NCBI GenBank assembly: GCA_021613535.1
Contig: CP075496.1
Coordinates: forward strand, 3,534,001-3,598,000
Length of the DNA: 64,000 nt
Reading direction: 5' to 3'
From: Adineta vaga
Lineage: Eukaryota > Animalia > Rotifera
Made by a program: the position numbers and the translations under genes. This document shows, piece after piece, positions 54,932-64,000 of this stretch (the stretch's first letter is position 1; each line of letters opens with the position of its first letter). Under the pieces are notes generated by a model that saw nothing but the letters and a program-made list of their open reading frames with translations, did no database searches and was not told the origin of the DNA.

Positions 54932-57900
54932 ATGTACATTAACATGATATTTTTGATCATTCTATTTTCTTTATCTGTTGTTTACTCGTGTAATTATCAA
55001 TTGACAAATATCACTGGTACAATTTCGTTACTATCCTATGAAAATAATATTGAATGTAGTTGGATATTTAATCTATCGGATGTAATTAATTCTACTTCAT
55101 TTCGTTATTTTTTAATAACATTTCATCATTTTGATACGGAATTTGGTCATGATGAATTATTCATTGGTGAAACAATAACGGATGTTTCGAAATATAACTC
55201 GAAATTATATCAATTTTCCGGTTCAAAATTACCTGATCCTTGTTTAATTCCACTTCGTAGTGATATTCAAACTCGTTCAATATGGATGCAATTTTTAAGT
55301 GATCAAACAACAACTGCCTCAGGTTTTACTCTTGATTATGTATTTCTAGTCAATCAATGTAAGTTTTCTTTCTTCATTATTTACAAAATACAATATTCTG
55401 TTTATATAACGAAAGAAATCCTTCAAAATTTCACGAAATTTTTCTTCACATGTCATTATTGAAATCGTGTTTACAATCTATTGTAGCTTTTCCTCTAACA
55501 TCGAAATCTCGGAAACTTTTGATCAATGCTGATATTCGTCAAAAATCGAAATCATCTTATTCATTTCCCTATGGAAATCTTTCAAGTCCAAATTATCCAC
55601 AAAATTATTCCAATAATATCGTGAGAAAAATTTTCCTATAAATTTTATAATAAACATAGAATTTCTAGATTTGTCGTTGGCATTTCTTTCATCGTCATGC
55701 ATTTATTCGATTAAATATTGAACATTTTCAAACGGAATATCATTATGATACATTTACGATTTCTTATGGTCAAAATTTTCAAAATCGTGCAATGATTCTA
55801 TATGAATGGTCAGGAAATGAAATGGATAATAAACATTTATTCATTCCCAATGATGACATATATCTCATTTTTCAAAGCGATAAAACAAATAATGCTTCGG
55901 GATTTTTTCTTCAATATGAAATCATTGAAAAAGGTTTTTAATTCTTGTTCAACTCTTCTAAAACTAATCATTTTTCTTGTAAATAGAACTATTGACAATG
56001 AATCTTGATGAAAATTCTCGAATGATATATTCAAATAATTATCCAAATTTTCTTCGAACTAATGTTGAATATATATGGATTATTCATATGAATTCTTCCA
56101 ATGAAATTGAGATCAATCTAATCGATATTCATCTAGATTATGAACATGATTATTTACAAATAAATACAGGTAACTAACGAATAAATACAAAAATTCTTGA
56201 GTCTATATGATCTTTACTTTGATTGATATTTTGTAATCACAATATGTATCTTGTATCGATTCCATCCAAGGTCGAACATACCAATTAGAGATTTGATAAG
56301 GTCTAGTCAGATGCATAAACATGCGTATAAAATAGCATGATCATCAATAGAATTGTTTTTCTTTAGGTAATTTAATTCATACATTGGAAATTGCAAAAAC
56401 CTATCGATTTCAAACAACTAATGAAACAAAACTAATCCTTCGAACGAAACATGCAGATGATGATTATCGATATCGTGGTTTTAATCTGACCTATCAAAGT
56501 ATGTAAATGATAATTCAATAATTAAAATTTGTTATTTCCATTTAGAATGGAATACAACACGTGAAAATACGATTGAATTAAAGAATTTTCCATGTGGAAA
56601 AAAATATTCATCACCAAATGGAACAATTGAATTTTCTCATCAAACTTTAACTTCATTTGATTGTTTAATTTTCATTGAAGTTGATGATGGACAAAATATT
56701 TTCTTACGTTTTGATCATTTCAATGGCGATAAGGAAGAAAATTATATGGAAATTGGTCTTTTTCATAATGCAGATGAATTTCACATATTTCATCTATCAG
56801 GTTAATTTTCTTCATTATTCTTTTCTAATTATTTGTAGTTTCTTCAGACACATTGCCTGGTACGTGGTTTATTGCAAATGAGAGTCAGATATGGATTCGA
56901 TTTCATTCCAGTCAATTCTCTTTCGGTATCTCTTCATTTCGTTTATTTTATACTGAAACAATTCAATGTAAAACTTTCAAAACTATATTTCCGCGTTATC
57001 AAATCATTCCATGTTTCTTCTAGGGTCAACAGTTACACTAAAACCTTATGTACAGATTTTAGATGATCATCGATTATTTCCCTATCGATTAATCAGTTTA
57101 CCTACAAACAATATCTACCATAATCTTAGTCAAGTATTTGAAAAACATTCAACTAAATTTTCATTTCTTCTAACTTTCGTCTAGGCATATATTTGGCATA
57201 TTGAGGCATTAAATGATGAATGTATACAAATTCGATTTGAATCTTTTCAAACAATTGATAATCGACATATATGTTTTCATATCAAAGATTCATCTCAAAC
57301 ATGGTATATATGTAATCATGAACAATTTCCCTTCGTATATCATCATATTGGATCATGTATATTATCCATTGAACCAGAATTTATTTGGATGTTAGTTCAA
57401 TATGATATTCAAATAAATAAATTCAAAAAATGTAAGGAAATTACTTTTTTCATTCAAATATATTCTCTTTCTTTAAATAGTAATATGGATTCATTATTTA
57501 ACTTTTAATGGCGATAACATGACATTAATACCATCATTAGCATTTGAACCATATGTTCAGATTGAATGGATAATAACTTTAAATGATACTTCGACAATTA
57601 TTTTCGATATTGAAAATTTGGACAGAAAAATATCAGCTGAATTAATTCTTCCTCAAAGTAAAATTTTTTTATGTTAAATAATCGAAACTATACAAAAAAT
57701 CTGTTTTCCTTTTACATCTCTAGATAAAAATACAACGAAAAGTTATTCATTAGGAACAATATCAACAACACGTTTTGCTCATGTACTATTATCTTCATCA
57801 TTGTCTTTACGAATTATTTATACTTCTTTACCATTACTATTTCATAATCAAAAACGTTTATTTCGGTTAAATCTATTCAAACTTTCGAAACCATATTTCA

Positions 57901-60900
57901 ACATTGGCAATTTTCATTATATTTCTTATACGACAAATCAATCGGTATGTAAAAAAACTAAGATTTTGTCCAAAATTAATCTTTCTTTTTCTCTCAATAG
58001 AAATCACAATGGTCTATTCATGGTCTATATGAAGATTCAATATTCTTCGCGAATGTATTTTCTCGCAATCAAAATGTCTTACTTCAAACAACAGCAAATA
58101 CAAATCTTTCGTTAACAAATTCATCGATATCTATTCCAAGTTCAAATTTTGATATCCGATATAATAGGAGAGAAAAGAATGTGAAAAATTCCGATTTTAT
58201 TGTTATTCTTTACGAACAAGAACAGAGAAATCATTCTCAACCTATTCTTCTTAATAAAACTTCAAATTTAATTGAAACAAATGATTTCACACTTTATGAT
58301 ATTCATCTTCAATCAATAAATTCTAATTCGATTGATTTTATCATAATTCAAGGTGATAATGGTACATTGATTCGTTTATATGATTTAAGTAAGTTCTCAT
58401 TTGTTAATATATATCTTGTTTGATTTGTCAGAATGTATAATCAATCATAAAGAAACCGATATACAAATTGGAATTTGATTGATATTCCATTTAATCTAAA
58501 ACGAAACAGATTTTGGGTACTAACATAACATTTCTAGTTCTTCCAACTCTAGTTTTTATATTCATCGATGATAATTAATAGCTATAAGTACGATCATTTT
58601 GACATTAAATGAAATTGCTTCTTTATTTGATTAGAGTCTAGATAGATGAACTTCAACAAAATTTATCTCGAAGGCATTCTCTTTCACTTTGTGCTATTAG
58701 AAATAAAATGGCTTGAGATGTCGAAGAGAGAGAGAGAGAGAGTATTGATATATAATACTTCGATTTCAATGTATAGTTTGTCTGATCAGAAGAAATAGAA
58801 GAAAGATATAATTGATATTGAATAATTAAAGATTTGATTCAAAATATTAATTGCATAGGTTAGAAATAGTGGTGCTTCTTCTTCATTTTGTTTATCGATC
58901 AAGGACAATGTGAAGCTTAGATTGTTTATATTTATAGAAGAATTTGAATTGATCTCTTTTGTGGTTAGTGAAAAGAAAGAAGGCGTTCACCCATCAGCGG
59001 CACTTTTTGGTTTTTTTCCTCTTTTACGTTATTTGAATACGTTGAGCTAATGGCGATATTTCATGTATTCGTATTAAAGGTATTAGGATAAGCGACCTTT
59101 TTTTTCTTTCTCTCGTTCTCTTATCATTAGCTTTGACGTTGTTTTAGTAGTCGAAAGAACGTGTCAGTATTCTCACTTCTCTTCTCATCAATTGTACAAG
59201 ATAGAGAAAGAACGGTAATTATACTCTTTTTTTTTGTCTAGATATGTCGAGACAGTTAAGAGTGTATGAGTAGTGAATAGATGCTTAATGTAGTCAATTT
59301 ATGGCTCATTTAACGAACATGTAACATCAATGTATAATCTCATTTTTTTCTCGTTTTCAGACACTCCAAATAATGACTATTTTCTATTAAATTTTTCGTC
59401 GATTAAAACCAAACATATTTCATCATCGATTGGATTACGTTTTTCAATCAAAAGCTTACATATTCAAATTGAATTAAAATCATTAAGAAAAACTCCCATA
59501 CAATTACGATATAAAAGTCAACTTTCATCAATTCAAACAAACACTTCAAGTAAATATAAATAAAAATCTTCAACTACCAATGAATTTTCTTGACACTTAA
59601 ATTCTTAGTTTATTGTTTAATACCAAACATAAATTTGTGTGACAAGAATACTTCTCATCATAGTCAAACGTGTATTGATTCATGCGTGAGTATTTAAAAC
59701 AGTTATATGATCTAATGAAAGGCTTTTTCTCTCTCTCTCTCTTCCTCCCTCTGTCTACTTATATTTCTTCTATAGTCGAATATATTTGATCATATATCAT
59801 CGTCAGCAATGAATAACACGCGAAGAAACCATTTTTGGCCATATGCATTACGTGGTAGTGTAACATTGATAATTGAAAATACAACAATGGAAAATTTCGA
59901 AAAGATAATCTATCGAAATTTACGTCAAAGTATAGCAAAAATTGTGCGAAAATTCTGTTCAAAATATGAACCAACTTGTTTAAGTAAAGATACAGATTCC
60001 ATTAGGTAAAGTAGAAGAGATGTCGTTGTTGGTTTTTTTTACATCGTCGAAACTATTTTCTTCTAGAGCTGATCATGTCATTATACAAAGTTATGAAGAA
60101 GAATTAACTGATCAACGTTTATTTGTTGCAATATTCATTAAAGATCCTTATCGTCAAACAATAGCGTTAACAAATGATCAATTTTTACTTGCACTTACAC
60201 GTTATCAACAAGATATCTATCAAGATATTAAACATCATGTATAATTGAACACAATAATACGATTTTAATCATTCGTTTCATTTGTTTTATTAGATTCATC
60301 TACCATCAAATCTTTTAGAACATACTTCCTTAGATCCAATTTGGTTATATGGTGTTTGTCTACTTGTTTTATTTGTTTTAATTGTCGTTTTGTTAATATT
60401 AATTCTAATCCTAGCAAAGAAAACGTATGTCTTCTCTTTTGAAATATCCAATTGTAAAATTCATCATTCTCATTAATTTAGATTTTATTCAACGAATCCT
60501 AACAATCAACGAATGAATAGATCCATACAAAAAACCAAACCAGAAAGAGATCGGTAAAAATCAGATGGAATTCAATTTTTCATCACTATAATAAAAACTT
60601 TGTTTTTCTAGTCTAATTATATCATCACCCTTACAGTTAGCGACTGAAGAAGATGAACAAATCTCCTCGACATGTTACAATGAAACTGAACCATCACATG
60701 CATCAAATTTTACAGCAACAGTCAATTTACTTCCACCATTAACAACGACAACATCTTCCCATTATCATCATTATATAAACAATCGTCCTTCGTATTTTCA
60801 TAGTACAATTGAAAGTGCTATCAAACAACATTTAGACAATGATGATAATGAACCAATTCCATTTATTGATGATAATCTTTCGACTGCTCGTAGTCGAAAG

Positions 60901-61098
60901 AGTAGTGCATGTTGGAGCGATCGAACAAGTTTAAGTAGTCGATTTAGTTTAGCATGGAAATTTCATTCTCGCCGTTCTATATCACAAAATCGTTCGACAA
61001 TTTCGACTAATAATGAAAAACGACGAAAATATTCTCATCGACCATTACGATATACAATTTCAGCAGCACAACAAAGTCAACCTAATGATGAATTGTAA
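54932..61098 (+). CDS. Multi-CUB-domain type I membrane protein
   Basis: Signal peptide; CUB motifs (YENNIECSW, FDTEFGHDELF, SPNYPQNY, FQTEYHYDTL, FQSD..ASGF); TM helix at ~60335-60415; Ser-rich cytoplasmic tail ending at 61098. Confidence 0.82.
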
Positions 61099-61625
61099 AT
61101 TTTTGAACACGAATCATTCTTTGTCTGTTTTGTATAGTTTCAAAAAGAAAGCAATTCTTTGCATTAAAAAAACGCAAAAAAATTACTTCATACAATAGAC
61201 GAAAAAGAAAAGCACTTCATATAAATATCTTCAGGATAATCATAAGAGCTTAAATACTTGAACTATTCGAATAAATAATGCTATATGAAACTTCTTTTCA
61301 CATAATAAAACAACGAAATCAGCGTTTAATTATTAAATTTGTCAAAAAAAGGAATAAAAACATTGTTTTATTATTATATTAGTAATCATTTACACACACA
61401 CACAAACTCAAAAATATATCAGGATATAAATAGTCGAGCAGAAGGCAAATGCGCACATCTATTTCATAGAGAACAAGCAATGAATACACATACACACCCA
61501 GAAGAATTCCTTAAAAGATTTCAGTGTAATTATACTAAAAAAAAGAAGAATTTCAAAGAAAAGGAAAAACAAATCGGATGTGAATGCAAAATAAGAAATT
61601 GAAAATAATTATGTTGATGTTGCTT

Positions 61626-63387
61626 TTAATATGTTTCATCATCACCAGCCACTAAACCAGACGCAGTTCCATTATTAATATTTTCATTATCGAATTCATC
61701 ATGGTCGTTCTCTTGTTCAGGTTGCACAAAGCCTTCCTATAATAAAAGAAAGAAAAAAACAATAACTAAGAAATTTCTGTAAAATCATAAAGAAAATTGT
61801 ATTCTTTTTCAACATGCACACAATCAACAGAAAGCAACAAATAACCACAATAAACAAACAGGGATAGAGAAAACACACCGTCTCCTTATCAAAAATCTTG
61901 TTCGCTGTTATGTTGTTGATCATTTTCATCGGGAATCTCAAAACCTTCCTTGAAAATATTGTTTAAGTTAGTCAGAGAAAAGATGATTGTTTATCGAGAA
62001 AAACGAAGCAAAACATTATTTTTCAACGTACTTCTGTTGCATATAAAATTTCGAGAACTTTTTGTACGCTTGGTACTGATTCATGTTCGGGTTCTTGACA
62101 AATCGTTTCAACATCACGTAATTTTTGATAATAAAAATCACGTTCTTTTTCTAAACTAGCAACTTGAATTGCATGTTGTTGAATAATTTCGTGTAAATTA
62201 TCAATCTGTAACGAAAAGTTTATATAAAATAGAAACTCAATCGATTCATCATACTTCATGTTGTAAGCGTATCGTTTCATTATTATGAATTCCTTGATTA
62301 TGATGATCACTTATTGTTGTACTATGATTAGATGGGACAGCGGGTCGATGAATAGCAGGTGAAACTTTAGGCGGATGTTGTTGGACTGGTTTAGCTACGA
62401 AGAAGAAAACAATCATATGTATTAGTGAATTTTTGTCTTTTAACTTACTGGTAGCTACTGGTTTCTGTGGTACAGGAGCGGCAACTTTTGCTACTGGTGC
62501 TCGAGCTGCAGGTGGTGCTCGAATACCAGAACCACCACTAGCACCTGTTGCTTTGCCACCACTACCTAATGGTCTTTAATAGGATCAATTGTTAGATCAT
62601 GTGTCAATGGGAAAATGAAGATTTTACTTACTGTCCATCACGAGCAGCAACAGGATCATAATCACTTGCATCCGTATAATTCGCATCAAAAAATTTTTTA
62701 AACCATTGAACAAATTCAAAATTATCTTGAAATTTACCCTTAACTAATTTTTCAACAGGGACAATCTATGAGAATGAAAATATGCGAAATCAAGTGAGAA
62801 TTTTGTTTATAATTATATCAAACACACATATATATATATATACAATCAATCTTTCTTTCTCGTGCGCACCTTTTCTATCATTTGTTTTTCGATACAACTA
62901 CTAAATCTATATGTAATTAGCAAAATCCCGTTCTTCAATATTCGAAAGATTGAATATACATATGTAAATATTTATATAATCAAACTACAATCTACCTTTT
63001 CTACAGAAAGTGCTTTAAAATATTCTTGTAATACTTTAAAATTATTAATATATTCGTGCTCAAGTTTTGTATTCCATTTCACTCGTTTTGATCGTGTACC
63101 TATCGAACCTAAAAGAAAATTTATATTAAGAAATTCTACTTGTTAGTTTGAAACATGCATGAGTATATCAAACTCACCCGGAAACATCATTTCCATGAAT
63201 TGGCAATATGCAGCACCTAATCAAAGAAAAAATGATGATTAATTTACGAATTCGATTCAATACCGGAACAGAGATCTTCAATCTTAACAAAATTTGCATC
63301 AAGAGCAGAATTTATCCATTGTAAAATGTCATTTCGACTAAGATTTTCTGTAGTTACACTTGTATGATATACGTTTATCGCAGCCAT
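61626..63387 (-). CDS. MAPRE1: Microtubule end-binding protein EB1 (RP/EB family), multi-exon
   Basis: [63 protein letters not shown], acidic-aromatic C-terminus DDETY*. Confidence 0.96.
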
Positions 63388-64000
63388 CTAGAATAAAAAG
63401 CAGACTATACTTTCTTCATACTTGTTTGATCGATATCGTAAAAGAATAACAACATATCCTCATAGTGACATTTATCATGCTCGTTCGATAAATGTCGATG
63501 TGAAGAATTATATTAGATCATATTGAACTAATAGATGTTATGCTCAAGAATATGTTGTCAATCAACAAAGTTGCAGTAGCAAAAAAAGAACTAAAATGAG
63601 AAAGTGTTTACGTATGATATACAAGAAAAACTTTAAATTATTGATGTATGTAGGATATGAATAATGTTTTTGAACGTCAATAGCGACCAGAAAGACAAAA
63701 TATGGTCATCCGATAAATAAAAAGTAAATACGAAATCAAACATTAATATTCATTCATACAGATATTTTTCGTATTTTTTTTCTTTATATCATTGGAGAAA
63801 ACGTGTTTTTGCAGAGGAAAAAACAATGGACGAAAGAGGACGCTAATTACCAATAAACCGTTCCGTGGCGCGTTGAATAATTATCTTCGTTTTTTTCATA
63901 TAATATGTTTTGTAATAATGAAATTCTTGATTGTACATTTTATCAAACGACTGATACATGTCAAACAAGTTCCTATTCCAATCGATCAATTTCATCATCG

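Noticed and set aside
62870-62906. Exon-like segment ending GAAAAG|GT in an EB1 intron
   Set aside because: No acceptor gives a frame-preserving length; cannot be supported without transcripts
3193-63387. Apparent neuronal/microtubule theme (BCAS3, 7B2, ankyrin, EB1)
   Set aside because: Genes are interspersed with unrelated ones in mixed orientation; synteny data would be needed
1-64000. Horizontally acquired genes, CRISPR arrays, tRNA/rRNA
   Set aside because: All recognised genes are typical intron-containing metazoan genes; the long repeats are coding and lack spacers

Overview
AT-rich (roughly 30% GC), gene-dense eukaryotic (animal) DNA with many ~50-60 nt GT-AG introns. The style suggests a bdelloid rotifer (inference). 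No prokaryotic features, RNA genes, CRISPR arrays or recognisable transposons were seen. Gene order: PGM3 5' end (-), FAHD1 (-), metaxin-like (+), BCAS3 (+), neuroendocrine 7B2 (-), a single-RRM RBM4/Lark-like gene (-), a ~32 kb ankyrin locus (+), CCDC17-like (-), a multi-CUB single-pass membrane protein (+) and EB1/MAPRE (-). The highlight is the ankyrin. It has up to four candidate first exons (one with a myristoylation-type N-terminus), several in-frame microexons and a run of phase-1 cassette exons. It also has ~10 kb and ~4.9 kb giant exons placed after the death domain, nested in the last intron of a short isoform, predicting a protein of roughly 7,000-7,500 aa. A dense GCATG (Rbfox-type) cluster precedes the giant exon, which carries tandem repeats. 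The terminal giant exon has an AnkB/G-like extended LIR motif. Two frameshifts in the giant exon look like assembly errors. Exon boundaries were read by eye and may be off by a few bases.
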